This document shows positions 22,463 to 36,044 of a DNA stretch of 64,000 nt, piece by piece. Positions within the stretch are counted from its first letter, which is position 1. Every line of letters starts with the position of its first letter. The translations under genes and the position numbers were made by a program. The notes below the pieces were generated by a model. The model had not been told where the DNA came from, searched no databases, and was given only the letters and a program-made list of their open reading frames with translations. The stretch is from Isurus oxyrinchus. Taxonomy: Eukaryota. The stretch covers positions 121,024,001-121,088,000 of the forward strand of contig JANJGN010000010.1 in NCBI GenBank assembly GCA_026770705.1. The letters are read 5' to 3'.

Positions 22463-24134
22463 GTGAGTATGCATGCAAATTTGCAATCATTATACATTTT
22501 TAGTTTTTAAGCCATTATATATTTCAGTTGCTCGGTATTAAAACAGGTACAAGTGAAAGAATTGTAATGCTCCTTGGGGACTGCTACAGTAAATTTAATG
22601 CCGCTGCATTGGTAACTTGAGGGTCATGCAAGGATGCAAGACATCCATTGCCTAATGAGGAAGGAATTGCAATTATATTGTCATTGTATTAACTTGCTGC
22701 TCCCCATTGGGAAGCCAGTGGCAAACAACATTGAAACTGTCAATGTCATTTCTGGAATGAAATCTCATTAACATGCAGAGTATATTGCACTGGATCTCCA
22801 AGTCTGTTCTTGTTATTCAGACTATTTGTTATTCAGCAGACTTTTTTTTTAAAGAAACATATGCTACTAGTGTACTTCTGAAAACTGACAACGCTGAGTT
22901 GATTAAAAGGACTATCGTGGTATTAAAGGGTAAATTTTGCACAGCGAGCCTACTGGCCTGCAGCCTTATTTGACAGGTGTGTGAATCAGAGAAGATGGAT
23001 CAACACGCATGAGACAGGGTGTGCAAACTCTTTTGGTGCTCAGACATCTTCTGTTAATACTTAATAATTACAATTATGAAGTAAGACTGTAAATAATATG
23101 CAAAAGAGTCTAGATTTAACAATCTGTCAACTGGCTGTCGACACTATTTTATACCAAATGTGTTAAAGAAATTGCAATATCTCGTATGTAAAGATGCTGT
23201 TACAATATTGAAGGATGTCAGCACTTCTGATTCTGCGTACAGCTTCTTAAATGTCTGTGAGATATACATACCTTTGCTTTGAAAGTATGGTCTCTTTATC
23301 GTTCTATGGCTGAAGATTGGAAATTTTAGCACACAGGAAGGAGTCTTGACAATATGTTCAAAATGAGACAAATGCGGTGATCCTTTGGATAACAGTCTCG
23401 GAGAGCCATGCAAAAATGTTTGTTACATTGAAGATTTCTCTAATAGACAATTTGTGGTACATTAAAGGTCATGGCATATTAGAGCATGTAATGGTAAGGG
23501 GCTACTGTACCTCCAAAGATCATTATAAACATATAAAGTTAATGGAAGAGCCATTATATTAACACTGGAATCCATTTGTACTGAAAGTAATGAACAGAAT
23601 AGCAATGGTCATTATCACTGTTGTTCTGACAGCCACACACTGTTTTGGAACACTTGCCAGTCTCTTGCTGTAATAAATGATTTAGTGGAGTTATTAGCTC
23701 CATATAACTAATGTTGCTTAATAATAACTTTGTTACCTGGAGTGATACATTTGAGAGCTTAAAATGTATGGTGTGTATCAAAGAAGATATTGCTTTTGGA
23801 ACAGTAGTTAGTGCTATCCTGTGATTTTGGAGTGTGTGTTGATGGCTGTATTATGTTACAAGCTATAGAAAATAACTTAATATTCCATTTTAACATGCAG
23901 AATTTCACCCAAAGATCCCAATGACTATTGACACAATGATAAATTGGTTATTTATAGATTTGCTTTTATAAATATCTTCACTATTAGTCAATTGTAAGAT
24001 AAAAAGAAAACATGCAGAAGCATCCTACCATCTTTTATTTTTGAAGATGTTGCCATATCTATGAAACCAGGTAGCCATAATCTGTAAAGGCACGTCTAAG
24101 AAAGGGTCCTTCAGCCATTTTAAGTGAATATTCA

Positions 24135-26165
24135 CAGAATGATAAAATGATGCAGCACAGAAGAGACCACTGGGTCCATCCTGCTTGTACTGCTGGCTCT
24201 ATGAAAGAGCTATCCAATCAGTCCCACTCCCCTGCTCCTTCCTCATTGTCCAGTAAATTTTTCCTTGACAAGTATTTATCCATTTCCCTTTTAAAACTCA
24301 TTATTTAATCTGCTTCTACCACCCTTTCAGGAGTCCATTCAGATCACAAAATCTCATTGCTTAACAACATATTTTCACATGTTACCTCTGGTTCTTTAGC
24401 CAACTACCTTAAATCTGTGTCCTCTGGTTACTATTGTGTTTGCTTCACCCTTGTATTAGCATTGAATACACACAAGAGTACTGATCACACATAAGAGATC
24501 AATTAACACTTCAACTTGGGTTCTTTATTGAGGGCTGGCTACATACATACAGCAGCAGATCTTCTCTGGACATGTGCTCTCTTCACACAGAGACGCAGAG
24601 GGTATAAGTCATATGGTAAGTTACATAATTTCATTTATGCTGTGGTACATTACAAACATAGTCACATCTCCTAACAGTATCTCACAACACTTACCAACCT
24701 TTTTATCAGTGGAAACAGTTTCTCCTTATTGACTCAATCAAAACCCTTTAAGATATTGAACACCACAAATCCCCCTTTAACCTTTTCTGGTCAAAGGAGA
24801 ACAACTCCAATTTCTCTAATCTCTTCATTTAAACTGAAGCCTTTCATCTCTGGTACTATTCTACTAAATATCTGCTGCACCTTCCCTGAGACCTTGGCAT
24901 CCTTTCTAAAGTGTGGTGTTCAGAAATGCAGTACTGCAGCTGCGACCTAACCAGTTTTTTTATAAAGGTTTAGCATAACCTCCTGGCTTTTGTATTCTAT
25001 GACCCTGCTTATTATGTCAAGAGCCCTATATACCTTTTTAACAGCCTTTTTAACTTGTCCTGCTGTCCTCAAAGACTTGAGTATGTAGATCCTCGGATCT
25101 CCCTCTTCAGTTTTTATTGCTCCCCTTCATCCTACCTCCCAAAGTGATTCACTTCACTGAATTAAATTTCATCTGCCATGCCTCTGCCTATTTTGCCAGT
25201 CTCTCTTCTCATGAGACCTGTTCTCTCCTTCCCATTGTTTAATACAGTTGTGCGTTTGGTATTATCTGCTACTTTGAAATGATGCCCAGTCTATTGAAAT
25301 GCATGTCATTAATCTACATCAATAGGAGTAGTGTTCCCCACACTGATCCCAGGGGTCAGGAAAGCAACGGTTCACCACTACTTTCTGCTTTCTGTCCCTA
25401 AACCAGTTTTGTATCCATGTTACTGCCCCTTTAATCCCATGGGCTTCAACTTTGCTAACGCGTCTTTTTGAAAGCCCATGCATACCTCAATCATGCTCCC
25501 CTCATCAGCCTTATTTGCTACTTCATCAACGAACTTTATCAGTTAAACTGACTAGCGTCTAGTTGCTGAGTTTATTCCTCTCCCCTTTTTGATAGGAGTA
25601 TTACATTTGCAAATCTCCAATCCTCTGGTGCCACTCCCATATCTAAGAACAGTTAAAAGATTGTGGCCAAAGCCTCCACAATTCCACATTTCCTTCCCTC
25701 ACCATCCTGAACTGGTTGATTTTGCTGCTTTGAGTGCTGACAACCTTTTTAGTACTTCCTTTTTACATATTTTTATGCTACCTAATTTCTCAAGTACCGC
25801 CTTCTTTATGGTGACATTGGCAACATCCCCTTCTTTGGTAATGCAAGGTACTCATTTAGTACATCAACCTCATCCTCTAGCTCCACATGAAGGTCTCCAT
25901 TTTGGTACCTAATCAACCTACCCTTTTGCTATTTATATGTTTACAAAAGACTTTGAGGTTCCCTTTTATGCTGTCATCTAATCTATTTTCATACACACCT
26001 TTTATCACTAATTTCCTCCTTGTCCCCTGTACTTCTTGTATTTAGTTCAGCTCTCTATTAAATTATGAGCTCAACATTTATCATAAGCCACGTTTTTCTG
26101 TTTCATTTCAATCTCTATAACTATAGTCATCTAGTGAGCTTAAGCTTTATGCAGCTTTCCTTTCC
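24135..26165 (-). mobile_element. Degraded CR1 LINE
   Basis: Reverse-complement CR1 hallmarks: tail (acagaatg...cagcacagaagagaccac), aaaggtttagcataacctcc, ttattatctgctacttt (KFADD-like region), tgttccccacactgatccc (PQGSVLG-like). Confidence 0.75.
24432..24689 (-). mobile_element. 258-bp solo LTR nested in CR1
   Basis: Termini TATTGTG and CACAACA (near-perfect inverted); flanks GTTAC/CTTAC; TTTATT (minus-strand poly(A) signal) at ~24524; interrupts the CR1 sequence. Confidence 0.6.
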
Positions 26166-29100
26166 CCCTCAAAAGCCTTAACTAGGATTTCAAAGTGAAA
26201 TCCTAGTTTCCACCTTCTATCGAACAGTTATATCAGGGAGGTTCACAGTACCCCAATAGACTTTTAGACCCTGTATATTCTAATTGCTACTACAGTACTG
26301 ATTTTGAGCACATACTCACAAGTAGGAAGATTTGCACACACCAATACTTCTTTTCCATCAGCAGAAACTCCAAACATTGGATTAATAGTGTTGACTTGAG
26401 AACATGTCCTTGGTTAACATGAAGTGTTCTGTCCTGAAAGGTTCAATATGAGCTTGTGGCTTCAATTCCCACTGAAATTTAAGAATGGATGTTAAATATT
26501 GCAGCTCACTTAGCCTGATTCCCAACTTGGTGTGCGGAAGGATCACTTCCCTTTGTGGTCACCTCCTCTATGTTCTGCAAAGCTGAGCTATGCTTTTGAT
26601 GGCTGAAATTAAATGAAGGATACCGTTAAGCAGTAAGATTGTGTATACTGCAGCAGGGAGATGGCATGAGACCATCGAACCTGTGGTTCAGTCCAACCCT
26701 ACCCTTGATTTGTCAATCTAGTGCACACCAAGGCATGGTTACTTACAGCTCAGCACTGTAAACAAGCAGTGAATATCAAACTTTGAACTCAGTCAAAACA
26801 CTCCTGTAACATCACTCCAATTCCATAATAATTCGCACATGCCCCAATTTCTTCCCTATGCCTTCCTCCTTTCCTAAGCCACTAAAACTGGGGTTTTGTT
26901 CCATGGTTGCTAGCTGTCTTCACGTACCTCACTCAAGTTTTCACATGTGAGCTTGCACAGCTCTGTTCAGGTTTAGACTGAGATTAGGTGATGAGGTGGG
27001 GGTGTGGCGGAGGTGGCAAGGCAGGAGAATCTGCACCAGGACCATTAGTTGGATTGGTGCCACTTGTACGCCACATTCAATCATCTGGCTAATTCTTTAG
27101 CTCTTGCTCAAAGTGATTTTGACTAAAATAGGCAATATCTTCAATTAAAAGTGAAGCATAATGAGCTTTAGTGCCTGCTTTGGGCAGGATTGCACTGAGC
27201 TCTCCTTTAGCCCATCTGGACTGAGCCTAGGAGTAGTTCCATGCATGGTGGAGCTTTTAAAGGGACAAGAATATTTGTAGCCATATATTTTAGTTTACAG
27301 TACTTTTTTACAGCACTTAAAATTTTTAGTCTTGTTATGAATAATACTTATTTAAATGGAACCTGAACAGGTATTATTATCTGCTAATTCACATGAAAGC
27401 CGGCTATAATTTGAATGTTTACAACTCTTCAAACTGAGAAGAGCTGTAAATGAGGGATTATGAAAAGAAAAAAAGCACTATAACAATACAAGCTTCAAGA
27501 GAATGACAAGGCCTGTTAAAAAGGCTACAGAGTCTTGTGACAGTCAGCGAGTCAAGTTCAAATTAATTATAGGGATTCGTTTTAAAACAGCCAGATACTG
27601 TATGGTCATGGTGGCAGTGACACAAAAAAAATTGAAGGCACACCAGGGAGATCAGTAGATATTCGAAGTGGATTGCCATCATTATGCTACCAACTATACC
27701 GGCAGGCCCCCTGGCATTCTTGCAATCACCAAGACTCCATGTGACTTGGGTCAGCAGGGAGCCTATTGCATAATGGTTCCATCTCCTGCAAGGATACCTG
27801 CAGCCAACCTGCACCAGAGAGATGGCACTGCCAGTGGCAGTCATGGCCGCTGCTGAATTTCTTCCGGGTTAGTATTGTCTGCAGATTCAGCTGAAACAGT
27901 TTTTACCCCACTGGTAAATGTTCCTTTCAATTTAAGGACTGATAACCACATAAAATTCTACCCTCCCCCTAGCATGACACCAAACATACTGAAGATCCTG
28001 CGATGTTTGGGTGAATAAGGGCTATTCTTGGGAAATCCCTCAAGATTGAACTTGCACATTAGAAAATATAGCCATCAGAGTGCTAGGTGGGCAGTATAGT
28101 CAAACCCAGCCTGAGATCAGTAGTGGCCCCAGAGGTTTTGTCCCAGATTTGGTCATAGTCCAGCGATTGAACCTGGCATCTTTCTGTATGTGTGGCTGAG
28201 TACCACTTAAAATGATATGTTGTTCTGCTAATGCATTGTAGCAATTTAATAAATGCTTCTTGCTCAGAGCAATAGCCTAGTGAAAGGCTTGGTACCCCAA
28301 CTTATATGCGCAATGGAAGTGTAATTGCATAAGAGTTTAAACTATTTTCAGTCCTGTCACTGGGCTTGAACTGGTCTTGATAAATTGGTTTTGAGTAAAC
28401 TAATTCTCACTGGAACCTGTTCAAAACTATCCAGAACACTTCAATCTAGTCTCTCTTAGCTCTGGCTGATTTTTCTTCCCCCCCCCCCACCACCCCCAGC
28501 AGGGTTGCCCTATTACACAAAGAGAGTATTGTGTTTCAGTTGCTGTATTAGAAATATCAACATGTCAAGCAACCTATTGTTCCCGTTTCAAAAAAAAATC
28601 TCTGATATTATTTAGGAAAAACTCTATTCTGGTTTTGCAAATTGTTGGAAGCAGTTCAGATTTTTTTTTTGCAAAGAAGGATAAGTTACTTTGGAGATCA
28701 GCCGATTTACAACACAATCCACATTCTCTTATTAACGTACATGGAAAAAATAAAAAACAGCTGTGCTTTGCTAGTTATTTTGTAACAAAATGTGTACAGA
28801 GATTTATTAAAAACATATTTTAGACAAATGAATTTTGTGACTGATCCCAAGCTATAGAATTCTCTTTTCTATCATTCCAAAATATAAATGGTAATTTGGA
28901 AAGCTTTCATGCCATTTGTTCCAAATGAGCGTTACTCAGTACCAAATAATAAGGATGGCCCTTTATTGAGTGGTTAACACTCGGTTCCTGATCCATTGAA
29001 CACAGGGCCAATCTTAGCACCAGCAAATACTTGCAGACTTGTGCTGTGTTTGTTGATGGTTGGCTACTCTCTTTGTTTGGGTTGCCTTAACTGAGGAGAG

Positions 29101-29524
29101 GGATGCAGTCTTTCAGCCAACTGCCAGTGTTTGAGGAAGATTAGGATAGAAGTCAAGGTCATCCAACAACAGCACTCCAGAGACTAAAAGGTGAAAAATC
29201 ATTAGTGATATTGAAGGAGAGGTACCTCTCTGACTCATACTTAACTCCCAATGTGAGATGTGCCGTTAGTCTGCTATATTAATGTCAAACTTTTGCGGTG
29301 GCCTTAAAGCTGAACAGCTTGGGCATGAAGGCTGACACTTCCATTGAATGCTGCTGCATGTTCACCATTCAATGAAATCTGCAAACTTCAGCCTCAGTCT
29401 AAAGCCAGACAATTTACGCAGTATATGTGAACTCCTGGCGTAGTTTTTGCCTGAAGTTTACCAAGCAGGGGCATCAAAAGGTGTGCAAGAAAATTTAAGG
29501 GGGTATAGCAACTTCCACGAAATG

Positions 29525-29765
29525 CAGCCAAATTTGTGGCCTTTAAAAATATCTGGAGTTCCCCCTATTCACCTCTACCACTCTCTACCACTCACTCCTT
29601 CAAGAATCTCCTTAAAGACTGGCCTCTTTGTCCAAGCTTTTGGTCGCCGATCCTAATACCTCCTTATGTGGCCCAATGTCAAATCTTGTTTGAAAGCATT
29701 CCTGTCAAGCACCTGTGGATGTTTTAGTACATTAAAGGCACTTTATAAAGGCAAGTTGTAGTTAT
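29525..29765 (+). mobile_element. L2 LINE 3' tail
   Basis: ctggagttccc...ccttaaagactggcctctttgtccaagcttttgg...ctgtcaagcacct...acattaaaggcactttataaaggcaagttg. Confidence 0.7.
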
Positions 29766-29910
29766 TTAAAAAGACACGAAAACGTAGAAAATATACATCT
29801 TGTTTTACCAAATAGCTGCAGGAGGTGTGACTGGGGGAATGGGGTGGGATGAAGAGATAACACAACTCTGTAGTTGACAAAATAAATGTGGACGCACAAA
29901 ATCAAGTCTT

Positions 29911-30234
29911 TGGGAAAATGATGGAATAGCGCAGCACTTGACTACCTGCGTGATGATTGGCAAAGTAGAAGTTTGCAATTGGAGTAATCAAAGTGGGATG
30001 CCACGTTTGAAAATCTAGAATACTTTTTCCCGAAGATGGTAGATAGTTGCCGCCGGGTTGAATGCTGCATAAAGCACTTTCAGAAAGTGGGAACAGCTGC
30101 CAGAGAAGGTGCAACACTTTCAGAAAATCTGCCATGTTGATTTTCATCTTGAGAAGCACCTGCAGGGAGCGCAGAAAATCCACCTCCACCTTCCTAGAGG
30201 CAGACAATAACTATGACTTTGCCATCATTTCCCA
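29911..30234. mobile_element. ~320-bp MITE-like element
   Basis: Inverted termini TGGGAAAATGATGG and CCATCATTTCCCA; internal direct repeat CACTTTCAGAAA (~30075, ~30115). Confidence 0.55.
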
Positions 30235-31575
30235 TGTTGAGAAGAAATGGAAAAATAAACTTCTATTTCAAAGTCATTGATATCTTTAACTTAATCTGTT
30301 TCATGCCCTGATATTTTCATTTGCAGGCTACACCGAGGAGATATAGCGCTGTTGCTAGTGAATCGTTAATAGGGGCAATACTTTGCCTTTTTTCTACTAA
30401 TACCTAAAGCTGAAAACATGGACCCCTCTTAAGTATTTCATGAAAGAATCCAAAGATCTGACTTTAATTACATTGCCGGTTATTTCATTCAATATCCTTT
30501 AGAATCCTGGTTATATTACATTCAGATGTTACAACAAAGTCCTGGATATATTTCCTCCTTACAGAGTTCATAATATTTCAATAATGCCTCACCTTTATTA
30601 TTTCTTTTCAATCCCCTTCATTTGATCAATCATAGTAAAACTTTCTTTTCATTCAACTTCACCCCGCAGAGTGCAGAGGGATGGGCGGAAATGTGATATT
30701 TACAAAGTGGAGTTAGGACATTGAGATTTTGTGCAAATGTGGAAGAGGAAATTTCTAAGAAGGAGGGGAATGCGAGGATCAGTCTCAATGTAATGAAGGT
30801 GATTATAAGCATAATGGAGTAAGTAGTGGTAGTGGGATAGGGACATGGCATGGTGATATGAAAAAAGGTTCACTCTGCAACTGAGGGGCTGGTGAAAAGC
30901 TCTATTGACTCCTTGAGTGGTAGTCTGCAAAGCCCAAACCTACAGTGATGCACCAGATGTGCTTAAATGTGGAAGAAGTAGCAGATTTTGCTGTTTGTGT
31001 GATGTGCAGAAAGGACACGCTGTAGATCTCAGTGTTTTATTTGGAACAGATTAAATAGGAAAATAATGTTTGTTGAATGAATCATGTACTGCTTTTAGTT
31101 GTGGGAGATGCATAACATTTTATAGTCTTGTTGTGGGTTTTAACAATGAAAGAGTGATTTTTGTTAAAGATAATTCTGTTTTGAAGTTGATGTGAAGGGA
31201 CGCAGGAATCTGTTGAAGATCGGCGGAGGTAAGAGTCATGAATGTATTTACTATAACTTAAAAAGTTTTATATCAGATGTATATCAACATAACACTTCAA
31301 TCGCATGTTTGAGTTAAAAAAAAATTGAGAAGCAAAGTAATACAAAGGGCATTAAACCTGCAATAGCCTACATTCCCACCCTTTTGTTGATATAAAATGT
31401 GCTCATTGTAATATGTCAGCCCTGGGAAAGATGTTATTTAAATTCTTGAGCTATTAAAATGGTGATTCGAAGCAATTGTATTTTTTTTAAATTTTGTCCA
31501 TGTCCATAAATAATGACATCAATCCTGTATATGAGTGAATGTCAACCAAGTTAAAACAACGACAGTTCTCAAGTG

Positions 31576-31681
31576 TAAAAATAAAATACTGAGAACATGG
31601 GAAATCTGAGATAAAAGCAGAACATTTTGGAAATGTTCAGCAGGGTCAGGCAGTATCTGTGGAGTGGGAAACGGAGTTAAC
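31576..31681 (-). mobile_element. Old Penelope pLTR remnant, cut by the adjacent Harbinger end
   Basis: aaaatactg...ggaaatctgagataaaagcagaa...ggaaatgttcagcagggtcaggcagtatctgtggag...gagttaacg resembles 3195-3300. Confidence 0.65.
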
Positions 31682-32264
31682 GGGTGGAATTCTCCCATCC
31701 CGCTAGAATGCTGCCAGCATAAAAATAGTTTGTGATTCTCCTGATGGCAGGTCGGTTATCCGGCTGCCAAATGCTGTGAACACCATTTGCATCATTACCA
31801 TCTCGTGAATACTCATTAAATTAGCTTCTCACCAGAATCAGGTGCTGCCTTCCAATTTTGCATCATGCCAACAGGAAATCAGGTTAGTCGGAATCTCATT
31901 TGTAAAAAAGGTCGTGTGCACAGGTCGGACCTCACTTTGCTCGCGACTTCGAGGTAAGTGCAACACAAGTAGCCTACCTTCAATAGCGCTGCACCGGTCT
32001 CATTGCAATGCCAGTGGGACTTCACACTGCTGGGACTGTAGGGCTGGTCTGCTCCTGATGCTTGCCTCTGTCGGCACAAGGACATGGCTGTGCGGTGGTA
32101 CTCCAGCAGGGCTCACCTTTCAGACACTGACCATTATTGTATCTGGGATACATGGGGTTTAGGGATGACCTGTTCCCGATAGGTGCCACCTTTGACCAGA
32201 AGGACACGACTGTGCAGCTGTACTCATAAGGGCTGAGCATTCAGAAAGCAGCATTTCAACCCGA

Positions 32265-32620
32265 GAAGGGAAGGGGGAACGCATGGGGGTGGGCAATGGG
32301 GATGGAAGGCCTTGCAAGGAGTGGGGGGTAGGGAAGTGGAATAGGAAAGAAAGGCTTTGCATGGGGTTTGGGGTGTGGAAGAGGGAAAACACACAAGGGG
32401 CAACGGGGAAGGAAAGCTATACAAGGGGTTAGGGGTGCAGGGAAGGGTGAACACGGCGGGGGGCAACGGGGAAGGAAGACTTTGCAAGGGGTTGGGGAGA
32501 AGGGGGCACGATGGAAGGCAGAAGGGCAGGAAGGCTTTGCAAGGAAGTGGAGGAGGAAGGGGAACGATGGGAGGCAAAAGGTGGATGGAGGGGTGGAAAG
32601 CTGGAGTCCAGCAAGGGAAA
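32265..32620. repeat. Purine-rich imperfect tandem repeat (~60-nt unit)
   Basis: The unit ggggcaa(c/t)gggga.ggaaggctttgcaaggggtt is repeated about 5 times. Confidence 0.8.
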
Positions 32621-34062
32621 TTGAAACACTGACTAACAAGGGGGTGAAAGGGATACTACATGTATGAATGGGAGGGGATGCACGCAGACTCCGGACAGGA
32701 AAGGGTGGGGTGTTGTTACTGTGTCACAAGAGGGATGCATCATGCACAGACTCATACGGTGTGGGTTGCGGGGTGTTGGGAAGGGAGACATTGTAGTCTT
32801 CAGTTTTGAGGGCAACGGGGAACTCTGTGAAAGTCAAGTTCCTTGGTCTGTGGCTTGCAGTCAAGAGTCAGAATAAAGACAGTCCTGGGGCTCTGTGGAA
32901 AGCAGTCTGAGAGTAGAGACAGTCTTGGGCATGCTGCAGTATTCATTGGGAGCACCGTGTTCTCCTGCTTCAGTGATGGGCAAGGGCTATATGCTCAGTA
33001 GAAATGATGCACAGCTTGGTGTACAGGGCAGGCTCACAGTCACTGTCCATGGGCTTGTCTTCTCTGTACTGGGCTCCAGATGGTATGGTGATTGTACTAG
33101 TAGGCATCTGCAGCCTGTATTTGGGAAACACATAATAAAGGGGGAAGGTATGTGAAGCTTTCCGGAGGGAGAGGGGGTTTATCCGGTAAGTGACTGCACA
33201 CACCCTCCATATGGTGGGTAGAGGTCCACATTGGCCATGGACCCTTTAGTAGTGATGGGCTTGGGGAAAGGGTAGGAATGTCCACCACAACAACTGTGGG
33301 ATCCAGTATTGTTGGGGGAGGCTGGAGACTAACAGGAGGAAGCTCAACCTTCACATCATGAGGTTCCAGGTAGATCTCTGGGACACGGACAGAGAGACGG
33401 AGAGCACTGCAACTCATTTTGAAATAGTAGTGCAGAACCATCATCTTGCTCTACTGGAGTTATGGCACTGCAAGAGTGAACCAGAGTCTTATTACAGAGA
33501 AAGGAGGAAGACCTCCTTGTGAAGAAAGCCATTGGAAGCCAGAGCCTTTATCGGTGCTGTAACAGGGATTCTCAGAAATCAATGGCTTAACATCACATTC
33601 GCAGCAAATCAGCATTAACCTATCAGAATGTATAATTTGAGAATGCAGACAATCATTAAGGTGGCACAGGTGCAGCACACATGGCTTTGCATTAATGGAG
33701 GCCAGCCACGTGCTCTCCAGAATTGGCATTCCTAATGGGCCAAAGGCCATCCAGTCATTAATCACCAGCAAGTTATTGTTCACTAGAAGGCCAGCTCATA
33801 GATTGGAGCACTGAGCTAGGTGAGGTGGTGCTTGTCATTCAAACCTTCTCATAGCAATGAGGGATTAGGATGGAAAGTTTCTGGGATAGCACCTTGGTCA
33901 CTTCATTGTGGGTGCTGATGCCTCAGAGACAAGGCTGCATCAGCGACAATGGGCAGAAACCACTATAGACCATGCAGTTGTTATAGGTAACAGATTGTGA
34001 GCTTCAGTATCTTGACCCGTTACTCATTAATGTTTCATTTCAGAGAGGAGGTAAAAGCAAAA

Positions 34063-35220
34063 ATGGATCCAGGGCTCAATGCTGCCTTTTTGAGGGTCCT
34101 AACACAATTGTCAAGATGAAGGAGCGAGAGGCAACACTGAGCACGGCTCCACCAGGAGGCCCCACCTGAGGTCCAGGCTCAAGGGGAACCAGAGCAAGAA
34201 CAAGAGGGTCGGGAGGAGAGATCCACACAATGGAGGTGAACTGCCACACCAAGGGTATACTGAAGAAGACTCTCCTATTTACAAATGAGTAAGAGACAAT
34301 GCCGGGCATACCTGAGCTTGTCCTGAGCTCTGGCAAATCACATATGCCACATTCCTTGTTAAAACCTGACACCATGTGGAGTTGGAGGGTATCCCCTGCC
34401 AGTGGTTTTAAAGGTGACTGCTTTCAATTTCTTTGCCTGTGGGTTGTTCCAGGGATCCACAGGGACTTGTGTGGCATCTTGCCATCCGCAACACAGAGAT
34501 GCACAAAGGAGGTCACAGATGCCCTTTACACGAAGGCCCATCATTATGTCAGATTTGGATGAAGGTAGCCAGGCTGCAAGATTCACCGGCTTTACAGCTA
34601 CCTCAGGCTTCCCAAGAGTGCAGGGTGCAATCGACAGTGCCCATTTAGCTTTACAGGCTCCATGGCAGCAGGCCCTAATGTTTATAAACTACAAAAGCTA
34701 CAATTCCATGAAGGTACAATTGGTGTGTGATCATTGGAAGCACATACTGCACATTTGTGCACAATACCCTGGGAGTTGCCATGACTCCTACATCCTGGAG
34801 GCTTGAACATCTGCAGGGATGGCTGCTTGGGGATAAGAGGTACCCACTGAAACACTGGCTGATAATACTGGTGCATCACCCTCAGATTCATTCCAAGGAG
34901 AGGTACAACGCTGCTCACAGCTCCACGCGCTCCCTTATAGAGCAGACCATTGGCATTCTGAAGATGTGCTTCAGATGTTTGGACTGCTCTGGTGGCACTG
35001 TGTGTTGCATCCTTCACCACCTTGCACTGCAAAGAGGTGATCCCTTGCCAGAGGGTGAAATGGTGGAGGATAAGATCTCTTCGGACGATGAAGAGCAGAA
35101 GGCCCAGGAGCATCAAGAGGGTGATGAGGCTTAAATTGGAGGTGATGATGCCATAGACGATGCAAGACGTGGGAGCCAAGCCCGTGACACTTTAATTGCT
35201 GCTCGATTCCAGGAGGAGCA
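34063..35220 (+). pseudogene. Harbinger DDE transposase (HARBI1-like), frameshifted
   Basis: Motifs across frames: SYLQMS..QC, LPVVLKVT..NFFA.G.FQG, GFPRVQGAIDSAHLAL, QLVCD, YPGSCHDSYIL, GWLLGDKRYPL, YNAAHSSTRSLIEQTIGILKMCFRCLD, CCILH, ARDTLIAARF. Confidence 0.9.
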
Positions 35221-36044
35221 GAATGAAGGCAAAGGGAGATGGCCACAGTCCTTCCGGCCCTCAATGTCATTCCCTTTCTTCTCAAGGGATTTCCAATCAA
35301 TTGAACTGAGAACGAGTCCTGCATTGACTCTTACACCTTCTGGCCTCATGATTCACCAGGCCATGACCCCCACAAAGGTCTATAGTACCCTCCGAATGCA
35401 CTCGCTCTGAGAAGTGAAGATCCACTCAACAGCGAGAGCAATGCAAGAAGTGACTTGAAGCCATTGCCGTAATTAAGAAACTACCGTAGACAGTGAGATG
35501 AGGACATGATTAGGGTTCTCCTCCTCCCGTCCATGTCTTGTCCTTTGCCACTAACACTAAGGAGACACAACTGCCGCTAATCAATTGAGGCTGATGAGTT
35601 GCCCTCACACAATGGTCTTCCATGAGGAAAAAGGGTTAGAAGCGCATATATCACACACTTCAAATAAAGATTTTAACACCTACATCTTGATGGTGTCCAC
35701 CAGGGCGTGTGGCCATGGAGTCCAGGACTTAGTATAAATCTGGCAAAACCTGCTGGACCAACCATGTTGACCTCGAGGCGCTGGCATGTTGGAGCACTCT
35801 ATCAGAGAGAACGCGGACGGACCCCTCCTTCCCTTCACTCTCTAGTCAGCTTAGTGCCTGCAGAATCTCTGCCTGATGTTCTACCCTGCCACTTGATGTT
35901 GCATCTCCAGCATTGAGTTGGCGGCCACTCTCAGAGGCTGGTCATCTGCCTCCAGCAGCCCTCCCAAATGCCTGAGTCCTGACCTAGCCCTGCCTCCATC
36001 TGCTGCGGGGATGTATTAGTGAGGCATTCTCCCATTTTTTTTAG

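Noticed and set aside
32224-32667. Pro-rich or Gly/Lys-rich repeat proteins, or a CRISPR-like array
   Set aside because: Open frames arise from a purine-rich minisatellite; no constant repeat with unique spacers; eukaryotic context.
34402-35134. Host HARBI1 gene
   Set aside because: Frameshifts and stops, intronic location, TIR-like end and a second similar relic at 56975-57590 indicate a dead transposon rather than the domesticated gene.
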